64,000 nt of DNA from Spironucleus salmonicida (taxonomy: Eukaryota). This document shows positions 1-13,934 of this stretch, in pieces. Made by a program: the position numbers and the translations under genes. Under the pieces are notes generated by a model. That model was not told where the DNA came from. It ran no database searches and saw only the letters and a list, made by a program, of their open reading frames with translations. The stretch lies in assembly GCF_000497125.1 (NCBI RefSeq), contig NC_090602.1, positions 1,488,001-1,552,000 of the forward strand, in the 5' to 3' direction. Numbering within the stretch: position 1 is the first letter of the stretch; every line of letters begins with the position of its first letter.

Positions 1-261
1 TAATACCAATTCTTGTTTTGGTAATATACGTTACAATGCAAAAATCATATTGACCTCATTAATTTAAAATCCAATCGATATTATGTTAGTATCTTCTGGA
101 CAAACACTAAGTAAAAATCCTTAGAAAATATAATCATAGTCAAACTACTAATATAAATTATTCAATATCATCAATAATTGATAAATATTTGTTTTAGCAT
201 TATCTAGAGGAAACGGTTTAGTCATAAGATACTAGTTAATAACTTTTATTTAAATTGACAT
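1..261 (-). CDS. Hypothetical protein, partial (3' end lies outside the window)
   Basis: ATG at 261 after an AT-rich spacer; 87 codons with no TGA to position 1 under table 6 (MSIQIKVINQYLMTKPFPL...). Confidence 0.55.
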
Positions 262-321
262 TTTATTATGTTTGTAATATATATCATATTTATGTATTAT
301 AAATTTTCCTTTTCAAATTTA

Positions 322-3300
322 ATGGAGTTTGAAAAATTTTCTATACCACCATTTGATTAAATGTGTATGATCGATTCAACATAGTTTTTAGCATCTTCAA
401 TTATAAATGATACCTTACATTTACTTCATATTAAAATTTCAAATAACTAATTAGAACTGTTATTTGATAAAGATGTGACATCTACTTTACCTGATATTAC
501 TGCAGGATTAATTTAAGATTTAGCAAAACATTTTACTAAGAGAAGATTTGAATCTTTTAATATTGCAAAAATGATTTATGGGTAAGGTATTTTAACTATT
601 CTTTTATCATCTTAAACCCATTCTTATATTCTTCAGTTTTAAATTAATAATGAAATTATTTTAATATCTCATTTCCACCTCAAATATTTACCAATAAACA
701 TCATTGCAATTGATGATAGCTTTTATATTATATCCCCATCCTTAATCTAAAAACTGTAATATGGAGTAATATCAACATCGTTTGACTAGTTTGGTAAAGA
801 AAAAAGTATTCATGCTGTTGATTTCGACAATAGAATTGCAATAGCTTTGGATAGTTCAAATATTGTTATTTTTGATCCTTTATCACAAACGATCGACAAA
901 AAAATAAAATGCCCTCAGATTACCTAACTTTACTCAGAAAATAATGTTCTTTTAGCACTTACAATTACATAAAATTAGCTTAGTCTTCTTCTTACAAACT
1001 AAGCTTTAGAACAACGATCGTATTAATTTGCTTTATCCCAAACAGACTAGATAATCGAAATATCTAAAATTTAATCATACGAAAATGAAATTATTGTTAT
1101 TTTTTCAGTAGAAAATGGGCCAACTTTTTCAGCCGTATTAACAACTTAGAATGGATAACTACTTGAAATTAAAGGAACTGGGTAAAAGCTTGCACACGTT
1201 ACCATACATGAAGTTGTTAGGATCTAAGAAACCAGAGACATATTATACGGTGTTATGAAGAATTCTTAAATTGATTAGCTTATCCCAGAACTTTATGACT
1301 GTTCAGAATTGTATACTTAAGAAAAAGTAAAAGGTAAAATAAGTATAATAGGAGAGATAAAATGTGAATTCATAGGTTATACTACTATTACCAATTAATC
1401 ACTCTATCATTAATAATTTTTAATGTGTAAATCTCTATAAAATAAAGACTTACCGATAAGCGAGCTATTTTAATATGCTGTTTAGTTATTTACTACAAGC
1501 AAAATTATTAAAGAAGAAAGAGTATTATTTGAGAAGGAAATAGGAATATAAAATATGTTATCATAATTTTATTAATCATCTCATGAAAAATTGGCAGAAA
1601 TAGTAATTTTTGCATGCTTAAGATACCAAGAATTGTTACCTTTATTAGCATACTTTGTTGAACGCTAAGAATAGCGTTTGGACATTCTAAATAATGCTCC
1701 AGTTTTTTCTATGACTAATGTAAGGCCACTAGCTAGTTTTTTATAATATTTAGTAGATGAGGCGTGTAAACTATTAGAATAAACATTTAGTCTTTTTAAA
1801 TAGCTAAGTACATCTAGTTTGGAATATGAAACTTAATTTTTTATTAATATTGATTAGCTTGACGCATTGCAGCCTATTGTTTAATCTTGTGTTCAAATCA
1901 TGTAGTTATTAGTTTCTACAAGATCATAGTTTAATATATTTTCAGATGTTATTAAATAAGCTTATTATACAATAATGGCTGGAATGGCATTTATTTCTAT
2001 CTCTAAAATTATTAAAATTTTTGGATAAAAGAAGAAATAACCGTCATTGCTCTAAGTATATGTTCCATTAACTAATGAAGGCGCACAACGCATTGGTAAA
2101 AAGGAAATGAATTCTAATGAACATGATATTTCCTAAAATACATTTATTGATGATGAAACTTCTACATTTCATATTACTAAAAAAGATAACTTTTTGTATT
2201 CTAAAGATTTTGGATACTATACTGTTGATGAAAATCTTACAATTACTGAGTAAGATACTTATTCAATTAACAATTATGAAGCCCTATATCAAAAACTATC
2301 AATGGATGGAAATACAGCAATTTTCCCAATAATTAATTTTATATGTTAAAATTTTGGGACCGGAGAATATATCAGATTAACAATTAATGATATTTTAGAT
2401 ATGATCATGCCAACAAAACTATCTAAAAACATTGCATCATCAATTCATGCACAGCTTTATGATTCTGCATTATATTCATTAATTCTGATTTTTGGTTATA
2501 TATTATTCTAAAATAATAATAGCTAAACTGAAATTTATCAATTTTTATATGAAATTTCGCCATTTTTACAAAATACGAAGAAGCAAACGTAGCAATTGTA
2601 TCTTTTATCAAAAATATTTTCTTAAATTGATGCTGGTCAAAAAGAAATTGAAATTGATGCTCTTTAAGGTAATATTATCCATCTATAAGACTTTGAAGGC
2701 CTTTATTCAGAATTGCTGTTAATGGGTGCTGGAAGATCTGATAATTAAGAAATCCGTGCTTATCTCCTTTCGGCTATGCGAAACTTACCTCCTCCTTTTG
2801 TTCTTGATGATACTACTGATCTATTGTCGTAAAAAGAAGAAACTGGATAGTTGTGGGCAGCTAGATTAACTCAATTAGCTATTTCAAGATGTAAAATTAA
2901 TTTAGCGAAAAGCTTAGCATTTTTTTCCCCATCAAGAATTCCAAAATATTTCGCCAAAATTAATTTATGGCCTGTGCATGAATGTGTTACTGGTACAGAA
3001 TTATATTTAAGAGCATGCTTAATGAGTTTTGTGATAAATTCTAATGTGGCAGATTTAGTGATATTAATAACGCAGATTAGAGTATTTCTGAATAGTTACG
3101 CCAGCAACTAAACAGATTGTTAATCAAATAGAAGAATTGCGGTATTATATAGTTAAATAGCTACTAACTCATTCAATTGGTCTGAATATTTTAATGTTTA
3201 GTAGAGTTTACAAACCTCCGCATTAGAGCCTTAAGATATAGATATGCTCGCTAGTTCAGGATATTAGGTAAGATTTAAAGCTTAACCCGCCGCTAAAATG

Positions 3301-4683
3301 CCATCTGCATTAATTTTGTATTAGTAGATAACAGAGTTGGAGAAGAAAATAATTACTGCATTTTCCTTATCTAATTAAGTTAATTAAAAGTTTATACTTG
3401 TATTTTTATACCAAAATGATGTGTAATTATGTTTGTAATATATTCAGTAAATTGAAACAAGTATGTAATAATTAGATTAAGAGTTTGTTAAGCTATTAGT
3501 GTAAATTAAATAGTAACTATCAATAGTTCCTTCGTTTTTATAAATGCAAGGAGTCCGAAAAACTACAATTTTAGCTTCTGATGAATTATTTATTTAGCCT
3601 GGTATTTTACTGCCAGATGCTTTTAAAGATGACTTAGATAATTCACTGTTTTAATTATAGTAGTCCCTTGCTTAATCAATGAATCTATATATTACTTCAT
3701 TATAAGACTAACAGAAGAAAATAGAATCGCCAGAATTGAAACCTATTCTTATTGACTAATAATAAGGAGCAACGAACTTTTTGGAGATCATTAGCTAAAA
3801 TAAGCCTGTTTATAACATAAAATATAACCAAAATTAGGGTTATAACTAGCCTTAGCAATAATAGTATAATATTTAAAACTAGTATGATAAAGTAAGAATT
3901 AATACTCTAGTGTAAAATTAGTAGCTTTATAATTATTAGATTTAACCTATTATCCATAATTAAGCTTAATTTACATAACCAACTTATTTATAATAATAAC
4001 AGTAGCAATAACCTCCAGTGATAAGGAAAACTAAAGCTCAAGAAATGAGGGATAATGAAATTAAGAAAAAATTAGAATAAGAAAAGCTTAAAAATTAAGT
4101 AAAAATAGGAGTTCCAAGGCAGGGTGTAATTGGGTAAAAGCCTATTAGTGTTGGTAGAGGATAATTTATTTAAAATTAGCCTATTTAAAATTAACAGTTT
4201 AATCATATTTAGCAATAATACAACAATATTTAAAATTAGTAATATTAAACTTATTAGTCATATGATTAGTAGACCAAAAATTAAATGAATTTTGCAGCTC
4301 CATATTAGACATAGCAGTAGCAATACAACTAAATACCCTACTAAAAGGCTCCTATATCGTACTAGGCTCCTTCTTCAAAGTCTTTTAACCCATCTTTTGA
4401 GCCTTCTCATTAGTAAATTTAGAATAACCTATAATATAATCAACCATAGACAAGTATTTAGTCAATATCTTAGAACCCTTTTAAAACTACTTATATTCCA
4501 TTATAAGGTCCTAAAAAATAAATCTAAATTTAATAATTTAATGAGGAGTAGCTCACTACAACAGCATAATTTGTTCCATAAACTACTAGGCCTTCAATAT
4601 TGAAAAATTAAATGGCCTTCAACAACAATATATAAAGTCCGATCACGAAGAAAAAAGGTGTTGCTTTTGATATCACTATGTGA
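322..4683 (+). CDS. Large hypothetical protein (1453 aa): beta-strand-rich N-terminus, helical middle, Q/N/P-rich low-complexity C-terminus
   Basis: Continuous frame from ATG 322 to TGA 4681-4683 with TAA/TAG read as Gln; includes the track ORF 2851-3111. Confidence 0.85.
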
Positions 4684-5089
4684 GCCTCTTTTTATTTTAT
4701 ATTCTAACCAACTTTATTATTTTATGATTTTAGCTTATAATCTTTGGTTTATTTTATTTTTTAATAAATAAATTTAATAAATTTTTTAGTTATAATTAGT
4801 TATTTTCGTTTATGAAAGATTGAACATTTTATAATAAAAAACATTGCATAGTTTTTAAAAATACAGCTCTAAATGAAGTCTTTGGAAGTGTATTTGTAAG
4901 TATACAGAAGATTAATTCTAATTACTGTTCATTTAAAAAATTGAGTATGTTAAACTAATCAAAGGTTAATTTAGTATCTAATACTTAAATATCTTTAATA
5001 ATTAGTAATTTAACAATATAATTATTTAAAGTTGAATGCCTATCATCATGAATATATCTAAGCTGAGATTAAAGCAAGTATTATTTCAT
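4673..5089 (-). CDS. Hypothetical protein (138 aa)
   Basis: ATG 5089 to TAG-TGA ending at 4673; overlaps the convergent upstream gene by 11 nt. Very AT-rich, so a chance ORF is possible. Confidence 0.5.
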
Positions 5090-5119
5090 TTATAAATATT
5101 AGAAATAATAATATATTAT

Positions 5120-5674
5120 TCATTCTTACTCTATTATGTAATATTCTTCCTACACTTCTATTAAATCTGTTGACCCGTCATCTGTTTCTAAAAATTAAAA
5201 ATAATGTGGTTATGCAAACTAATATACAGGTGTATATACCAATTTCTTTTATTACTTAGAAGAATTTACGAATCCAGTGTGTTAATGTCTTTATAATGCT
5301 ATTTCTTTGTCTGTGCTATTCTCACAAGAGGCTTCACTGCCTGATGTAATGATTTTTCTATGATCTTTAATCATATGTTTATTATACCTATTGTCAAGCT
5401 TTTTTGATAATAAAACTCTTTGTTTTGGGTACTAAGTTGTGAAATATTCTTAATGTAATGGTGCAGACAGTTTAAGCACATCTAACAGAAAGTAAGGATC
5501 AATATACTCTGGATTAATACTTACTGGCTCTGGTTAGAAATATTTTTGTTAAGGTTTCTTTCGATGAATCTTGATATCAGGAAAATTACCATTATACTTA
5601 ACTTAATCATGTTTAAAATACTTTTATACACGTTTACAACATTGTCTAAATGTTGAGAATATAAATCTTATCAT
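5120..5674 (-). CDS. Hypothetical protein (184 aa)
   Basis: Open under table 6 from ATG 5674 (AT-rich context) to TGA 5120. Confidence 0.65.
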
Positions 5675-5718
5675 TTTATAATTATAAATTAATATATAAT
5701 AATATAAATATAAAGAAT

Positions 5719-6957
5719 TCACCATCCGCCTAAATCGTCTGATCCCTCATTTTTATGGATTTATTAAGAGATTGCGAGTTTAGCTTTCATTTCTGTTTAA
5801 TTTTGGTTTATGTTCACACTAAAATTCTACTATACTTATCTATACGAAGTAACATAAATTATAACTATAATTGACACTAAATCAATACCTTTAATCATAA
5901 CTAAAGTGAAAATAAACCTAAACCACTTTGGTAATATCAACGCAAATAACCATCCTACTGGGCTAGATAGTAACGAGGATGAAAAGATTATGAACATTGA
6001 CAAATAAAGAGCTTTTCTTTCAGGAAATACTTCTTTTTTACGTGTAATCATACAACTTACCATAAACCATAATGACAAACCCAACATACAAATATTGTAA
6101 ATAATACCAATTGGTGAATCTAGTGAATACGCATAAACTGGATCATAATTCTGCATCATAATATTATAAACCATCAGTGCGAAATTTGCCATAGATTGCA
6201 CAACAATTATTATTATTGTCAACCATTTATATTATAATTATTCATTTGAAATAAGCCATCCTTGACCCATTAGTAAAATTATGCTGACTAATAAAGACGA
6301 TCCTGTAGTAACACAAATTTAGCTAATGATAGTTAAAAATATTGAATCTCCAGTTCGTGAATATTATGTGTCCCACCCTAATTATGCTATTAAACCTATA
6401 CTCATACAAAAAATACAAACTGCTACCAAATACTAAAAAATATGTCTTTTTGGTTCTAAGTTAACAAAAAAGTTAAACATTTAGTAGGAAAACATAGCAC
6501 AATATGACATAGCTAAAATTGAAAAAATTTCCGTTTCGAATTACTATGAATAATCAAATTCTTTATCATATGAGGGAACAGTAGTATCCTTATATTAATC
6601 TTCAAAATGAATATAACCTTTAACCTATATATTTCCGTTGCAATTAGCTATTGCTACATACCAAAACTCAGGTTATCGCAATTTTTACCGAGAAATTTAA
6701 CCAAATGGAATTGAAATTGATTAGGTAAAAGATGTAGGGTTAGTCATTAGCTAACAACTATCTTTATTAGAATAAACTTTAGGCCAATCGACATTTTAGT
6801 CTGAATAAAAATATAATTATGTTTAAGTATTAATACCAGTTAAGTTAATATTAATATTACCTTAAGACTATCCACTAAATACAAATCTCCCAGCATAATA
6901 CCAGCCAGAGTCTTTCTTCATATCAATATTAATGTATTTACCCAATATGAGTAACAT
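5719..6957 (-). CDS. GPR180/TMEM145-like seven-transmembrane (GOST-type) protein, 412 aa
   Basis: N-terminal WYYAGRFVF, luminal PEFWYVAIANC motif, then multiple hydrophobic segments including YSRTGD...SIILLMGQGWLIS; includes track ORF 5836-6222. Confidence 0.7.
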
Positions 6958-7038
6958 TAATTTGATTTAAATTTTATATTAATTTAATAATATAATAATT
7001 AATTTTATTTGGTTAACAAAACAAAAATTTATATTACA

Positions 7039-8586
7039 ATGGCAATGTTTTCCTTATTTTTAACAAGTCAACTTTCTTAATTTTTGGGTTTATCAGCATT
7101 CAATAATTTCAAACACCATTACCTATCAACAGAATAATAATTTTAAATATCCAACAATTAATATCTATAGATTCATCAATAAAATACATTATTGAAACTG
7201 CACGTCTACAACAACAACTTATAATTAATATAAGATAACAAACTATTACTTCATTAATAAAAAGTGACTACAGTATTTTTAATAGCTTTTAAAAGTCAAC
7301 TGATTTTATCTGTAGATGAGATTAAATACATCTTATTTAGTGATAAAACTTAAATTGATTCAAGCACGCCTTTATAAATTATTCTTTAACCAATTTACTA
7401 TAATTTTAATGCTGCGTTTAATAATATTTTTTTAACTGAAATTTTTTAAAATGATATGATAGTGTAAATATAAAATTCTTAATGTCAAAAAGTAAAATTA
7501 AAATTAGCTTGTGTCTTCAATGACAATAATATAAGGAATTACTAAATAACTATTAAAATATATTAAAATAGTATTTAAAATAAAATGTATATAAATTTCT
7601 AATTTTCTAGAGAACTTACAGCATTTACTTTGCTAAACGAAGCGATTGACATTAAATCTATTAGTGTTTAAATTAAAGGTTTAGATGGTTATGGATTTTC
7701 ACTTCATAACGTTGTGTGTAGAAGCAATGATGTATTAATAATATCATATCAAGGATTACTGGTAATATTTTATGAAAATACTGTATATCATATAGAGAAT
7801 GCTGCTAAATATACTTCTTTCAGAGACGGAAAAATTATATTTTACAATGACACCTAAAATATTTTATATATTGACTAATAGAATTTGTATTGTATAATTA
7901 GTTATGAATAAATTTTAACTGTGATGATATATGAAAAAGGACAATAAGAATTCAAGCAAGAATGGTCAATTTAATTTGATTTAGAACTAATAGAATATAC
8001 CTCAAATAACTAGATAAGCTGTACTATAATACTTTAATTACTTAGTTGCATTCATTAAAATGAGCTTAACTTGCCGTATTAAAATGCATTAATTACTTTT
8101 ATTTTTAATAATGATTTTGGAATTTCTCGATCTATTTATGAAGTAGCATTATATAAAAAGCAATTCTTTGAAAAATAAAGTTTGTTTAATGTATAAATTG
8201 GACTATAAATAATATTTCCAGTTATTTATGACAAAATCAATTACAAAATACTGCAATTAAAAAAAATTCAGTGTGATAATAATATTTAATACTTGATATG
8301 TAACATCTCAACTGATGTTAATTCAACTATTTATTTCATGGTTAATGGAGTTTAGTTTAGTAGTAATATATCTATTAATATTAAAAATATAGAAGGTAAC
8401 TATGGTATAGAATAAATATTATTGACTAGAAAAAAATATATTAAGTAAAAAATGGAAAGTATAATCCAATATTAGTATATAGATTATGAAATAATGATAG
8501 GCATAATAAGTATAGTATTTATATAACTTTTACTATTATGCATTTTGATAATTTTAATAATAGTTAAAATTAAAAGTGATCATTGA
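7039..8586 (+). CDS. Hypothetical type-I membrane protein (515 aa)
   Basis: Open frame; hydrophobic N-terminus (MAMFSLFLTSQL) and C-terminal TM segment (IMIGIISIVFIQLLLLCILIILIIV) followed by KIKSDH. Confidence 0.75.
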
Positions 8587-8590
8587 AACC

Positions 8591-9565
8591 TCATTTTTTA
8601 TATTTACCAACAATAATAGCATGATTTTTGTGGAACTCATCTATGCTGAGATGTTTGTCAACTTTAAATCCACCCTCAACCAAAACATTCGATTCCTGAG
8701 CAAAAATAACCTCAGGTGCTGATGTAGAATCAACTGAAGAAGCCTTGATAGATATCATCATACCACCACCTAATTTCAAGAAAAATTTTGCATTATCAAT
8801 AACAATTCTAGCCTAATCTGCCTGAGCTACATCTGAGAAAATCGCATCAACCTCAGGAACAACCATTCTATACTTCCAGGGGTGACGAGCATCACCAATA
8901 ATAGGGAAAACATTTGAGCGATTCTTAGACATTTCCAATAAGTCGCGACCAGATCTTTTAGAGAATTCAACAGCATAAACAGCTCCGGTAGGACCAACTA
9001 TATCAGATACATGAGATACTGTAGTGCCATTAGCAGCACCTAAATACAATACTTTTGAACCTGGTTTAAGAGGCATATAGCTTACTTAACATAGGATAGC
9101 AGCTCCTAACTTAGATCTGAAAGGATTCCATTCACGATACTCTATTTTATCAGTACCAACTTCAGCCTAAATACGTTTTTCTCCATAAACTGAAATACCA
9201 GGAGCCATTGATTTAGTAACAAGAACATCAGTTTTACCTCTCGATAAGAATAACCCAGGATATGTTTTATACTCTTCTATGACAACACGAGAACCACCAC
9301 TCTAACGAGGAGGACCACGACTAGGAGGACCATTACGATCTCCACCACGAGGTGGTCCATTACGATCACCATCACGGGGCTTAAAATCACGGCGTTAACC
9401 ACCATTCCTGTCTCCACCAAACCTATCACCACCATTTCTGTCTCCTCCATTCTTATCTCCACTGAATCTATCGTTATTCCTCGGTGGTCCACGATTGTCA
9501 CGACTATCACTACCACGGCGATCGCCACCTCTGTCATTACCTTAGAATTTATCACCAAAGGCCAT
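8591..9565 (-). CDS. FBL: Fibrillarin (rRNA 2'-O-methyltransferase), 324 aa
   Basis: RGG/GDR-rich N-terminus; conserved [55 protein letters not shown]; internal TAA/TAG read as Gln. Confidence 0.98.
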
Positions 9566-9690
9566 TGTGAAATGGAAAATGAAAAGAAAAAGTGATTATA
9601 TTATTATACAATTATATATTAATTATTATTTTTCAAAAAGCTTGATACAATTTTGAAAAATATATGAATTATTAAATAGCTTATAATTAA

Positions 9691-10056
9691 TCAGTCTCTC
9701 TTTCTGAAAGCAGTACGCTCAGGCTGAGGAGCTTGAACTATTTACTTGGCACAAGGGGTTGGGCGTACAATAGTATCGATATCGAGTTCATAACGGATAT
9801 AATCTTCACCAGCCTTTGTAAGCATGAAGTAGTGAGATTACCAAGTGAAAGTGTCCTTGACATAGTTACGGGACTTAAGAGATTTCATGAGGCAGTTAAC
9901 ATATAAGTTACGGCAAAGACAGTCATTACCTTCAGCATCTTTATAAACTAATCCTTCAACTCCCTGGGTACGGACAGTATCTTTCATAACAAGACCATTG
10001 TTCTTGAAAAGATGGTTGTAAACAGTACGTTTAACGACTTCAGGGACGTGGACCAT
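9691..10056 (-). CDS. RPS10: 40S ribosomal protein S10 (eS10), 121 aa
   Basis: NLYVNCLMKSLKSRNYVKDTFTWQSHYFMLTKAGEDYIR matches the eS10 pattern; TAA falls at the W-Q position. Confidence 0.95.
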
Positions 10057-10064
10057 ACACGAAA

Positions 10065-10072
10065 TGGAGTGG
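10065..10072 (-). promoter_or_regulatory. C-rich element CCACTCCA upstream of RPS10
   Basis: 8 nt before the ATG; near-identical copies precede RPS13, RPL41, UTP22 and the TAF1-like gene. Confidence 0.65.
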
Positions 10073-10149
10073 AAAAAAATTTAAAAAGTGACAATATATT
10101 TAAGTAATATATATTTAAATATATACTATTAAATTTGAAAATAATCATC

Positions 10150-12843
10150 TCATAAATCCTATACACCATCTATCTATAATGCGAGTTATTATTTATCAAG
10201 TAGTCCAAAATTTATAATAGGAACTTATAGTGATCTTCTTGGATATGTGTTTAAAACTTCAGGTGAATACGCAATGCAGTACCAAATCTATCTTTCTATA
10301 GCATTTTGTAATTTTTCATACTCCTCCTATATTGAGATCCATTATTTAATATACTCCTTAAACTAATGTGATACATCTAGAGTATATAACCGTCTTTTAA
10401 CTGTTATTACATCCTTAAAATCAAAGACTTCTTATTGATCAAAATCTAATAATTTCTTTTGCATGACTCTAGCCATGTTAACATAAATTCTACTATAACA
10501 TTAAGTTGATATATCTTACAATTTAAAATAGGCTTATTAATCATATGAATTTATCTAATTAAACTTTTCAGCATATTGAACTAATGATCTAGTCATATTT
10601 TCTAAACTTTCATAAATTGTAAGATTGACTCTTCCATTAGCATGTGTATCATTTAAGTTAATATTAACAGATAAGTTTTTGTGTGGTTATACTGGACTAT
10701 TAATTAATAAGCCCTAACTAATATCTTATATAGTTGTTGGTCGATTTTATATATTATCAAAATCATTTAAATAAACTTCATTTACATAAGTTTTAGAGTT
10801 ATTATTCTACTATATATTATCTAAGCAGTCTTCATAACCTGATTCATTACCTATTGATGATGTAAAAGATGAGTTTGAATTAGATTTTCTTAATTTAGAG
10901 TTAGATCTTGAGTTAACTTTTGGTTATTTAAGAATACTAAAATCAATAGTTCCTTACTAGATCATTCTATAATATCCATCTTAGTCAAATATTGAAGATT
11001 CTACACATTTAAGCATTTCTTATAATTATGCATTATAATCTACTATTTTTTACAATTTTTATTATTCTGCTTAAAATTTACCTGATGATTTTGAATGATT
11101 TACTCTTTTTGATTTCAATACTAGATCTAATTATTAATATTTTATATTTGACTACTAGGTTAAAATTTCCATATTGATCAATTTTTGTCCAATTACATCT
11201 TATTGTACTGATATTTCGTCAACAGATGATTTATTTTCCATAAAGACATCTAACTTTTTCACTAATGCTAATAATTCTAATGACTGATCATTATCAGATA
11301 CAACTTAAATACGTAAAATATTTGGGTCTCCATATGAAGATGCTGCTTTTAATGATTATTAATATTCTGATTTTAATTCTTAATATAATTAACTACATTC
11401 TTGTTCATAAACGTAAATATATTTTTTTAATGTTCGATTTTAGTCTTTCATTAGTTAAAACTGTCCTCCATACTCTTTTAATACTCTTTAAATTACTTAC
11501 TGATAAATATTAATTGGAGCATCTTTATCCATTTCATCAACAATTTGTTCGATCTCTGGTTCTAGTCTCTTTATAGGTTCATTTCCTGAATTATCTTATT
11601 CAATTTTAATATTTCTTTAAAAAATCTTTTTAGTACCATATTTTTCGTGCAAAAACTTTTTGAATTTAATTTTTTCATCCTGTATTTTTTCTATAGTCTC
11701 CATCATCTAATTTACCTCATGCTCAATATTATCCTTTTGTGCATCCTTTTGTAATTTTCCTTCTTTTATTATTTATTTTAATTTATCCTCTGGATACTCT
11801 TAAACTTGATGTACACGAAAAGTACATATTTCATTTAGGTATGTTTCAGTTTAGTCGACCAACTCCTGTGCTTAGATTATCCAATCTTCTTTCTACTTCG
11901 AGCTTCCAATGCCCTGAGAGGAGCGGAATTCTTCTTTTTCATTTCTGCCCATGACTACATGGTCTAATTCAGATTTAGTCAATATTTTTAGAACTTGAAA
12001 TTCAATTAAATCTTTGCAGTCTGCATAATGAACATTTGCATACAATTTTGCATGTTTCTCACAGCATGCGAGATAACATCCACAACCACCACAAAATACG
12101 TTTTAGTTCACCTCGGAAGAAGCACAAATTGGGCAAATGTGCTGTGTATTTAAAAAAGCCAGAAAATCATTTAATAGTGTAATTCTATCGGTAAAATTGA
12201 TATAATTGTAGTAGTCTAGTGATACTTTGAACTTGAGTATAGCCTATGTAAAGTAAATTAAAGATTTTTTGACAGCTTCAGAAGGATTTATGATGTGTTT
12301 TATTGCATAATTATATCTCGAATTCAATATTTAATAAGCTTTTTAAAGTTATTATAATAAGTTAATATTCAGGGTAGATTATTTATGCCTTTATGTGTTA
12401 AAATCTTCTAACAGCTAGATATCCTTAATGTCAAAAACCTCAGAAGAATTAATAGCCCTGCGCGGTGGAAAATTAAGGTCAAATTTTCGCCCATTAAAAT
12501 TGCTTATTAAGGACTGGATATCCATATCAACTTCATATAATCGATAAATCTATTAAATTGACGTAGAAGCGATAACTAGCTCTATTGAATATGGAACAGA
12601 TATAGAGTTTATATCTAATGTGGGAGATATATTGCAGTTAACTGACTTTCTTTAACCGGGAACAACTGCACCTTGTGAATTTGAGATTGTAACTACTAAC
12701 AAAGGTGAAGTTTGTGCTTTAATTGAAAATAACATTATATCTTATTGGCAGTTATTAATTCGTATCTCAAAATTATTAATGGATGTATTGTGTATTGATA
12801 AAAACATCCCCCATGTATTATCGTAAATTAATATTTCTTACAT
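10150..12843 (-). CDS. Hypothetical protein (897 aa) with a MYND-like zinc finger
   Basis: Open frame; CPIC-x10-CGGC-x5-CC-x2-H-x7-H-x3-C at about 12016-12135; the N-terminus looks like a beta-sandwich (MSP/ASH-like, weak). Confidence 0.75.
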
Positions 12844-13921
12844 TTGTATTAATATTGAATATTATATATAATAATAAGTTTAAATAAATATTAGAAATAA
12901 TAAAATATTTAGATGATATAATTTGTCCCAAAATCCAATATAAAGTAAACAATAATCATCTGAATTCAGATATGTAAAAAATTATTTTTAATAAATGATT
13001 AAATATTTTATAAGGTACTTTATAATATTAGTTAATAATTACTATAAATGATAATATTACTCAAATGATAATTATGTTTTTTATGATTAACATAGTATCT
13101 TTATGATAAATAATTTTAATTTTGAATAATAAAATTAAGCCTATAATTTTTATAAATGCTACGCTATATATAAAAAAGTATAAATATATCCGTATCGTAT
13201 TAATAATTTTTATACAGATTATATTAGTTTTATCAACATCACTAAGTAATATGTCCTTGATTGAATTTGATTTTATGTAAGGATCAAAAATTATAATTGA
13301 AGAACTGATCCAATAATAATGATTATTTTTAATTACCTTAGTGTAAAATTATAAATAATAGTATATCAAAGTTGATTGCATCTTATATATTAGGTTACTA
13401 TAGCTAATTCTGTGAATAAATCAGGATTTCATGCATAATATTTGATTTTCATCTTGTTAAATTGAATTCTGTTAAAAATATTCATATAAAACGAATTCAA
13501 GGCTTTTTGATATATTGATAAATTTTAGTGAAATTATATTATTAATAAAGAAAATAATTAAATTATTATAAGAGTAAATCATTTTTTAATAAGCTTCATC
13601 TGAGTAAATTAGATTGAAAAATTCAAATTTTATTACATTTTTATTATACACTTGTTTAATATTAGATAAAAGAACCAGTGAAATAATATAATTATAATAT
13701 TCCCCTTATATAAAACAGTATTAGATAATACTTTATTAAAAACGGAGCAAACTAATTAAATTTTTAGATATCATAGTTTGATTAGAATGTATATGCAGAG
13801 TATTATTATTTCAAATTATATTTGAAAATTATGATATGTTTTCTTCATTGAGGAAATGATAGTTTATAGACACCTCTTATACATATTTCTATTATTATAT
13901 AATATTATTTAATCTAGTACT

Positions 13922-13929
13922 CCACTCCA
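13922..13929 (+). promoter_or_regulatory. C-rich element CCACTCCA upstream of the TAF1-like gene
   Basis: 5 nt before ATG 13935; identical to the RPS10 element. Confidence 0.6.
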
Positions 13930-13934
13930 ATTAC

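Noticed and set aside
9277-9558. Val-rich track ORF on the minus strand
   Set aside because: Off-frame reading of the fibrillarin RGG domain.
12844-13920. Possible gene in the AT-rich spacer (e.g. minus-strand 13421-13774, 117 codons)
   Set aside because: With a single stop codon, ORFs of this size arise by chance; no motif, and flanking frames are broken by TGA.
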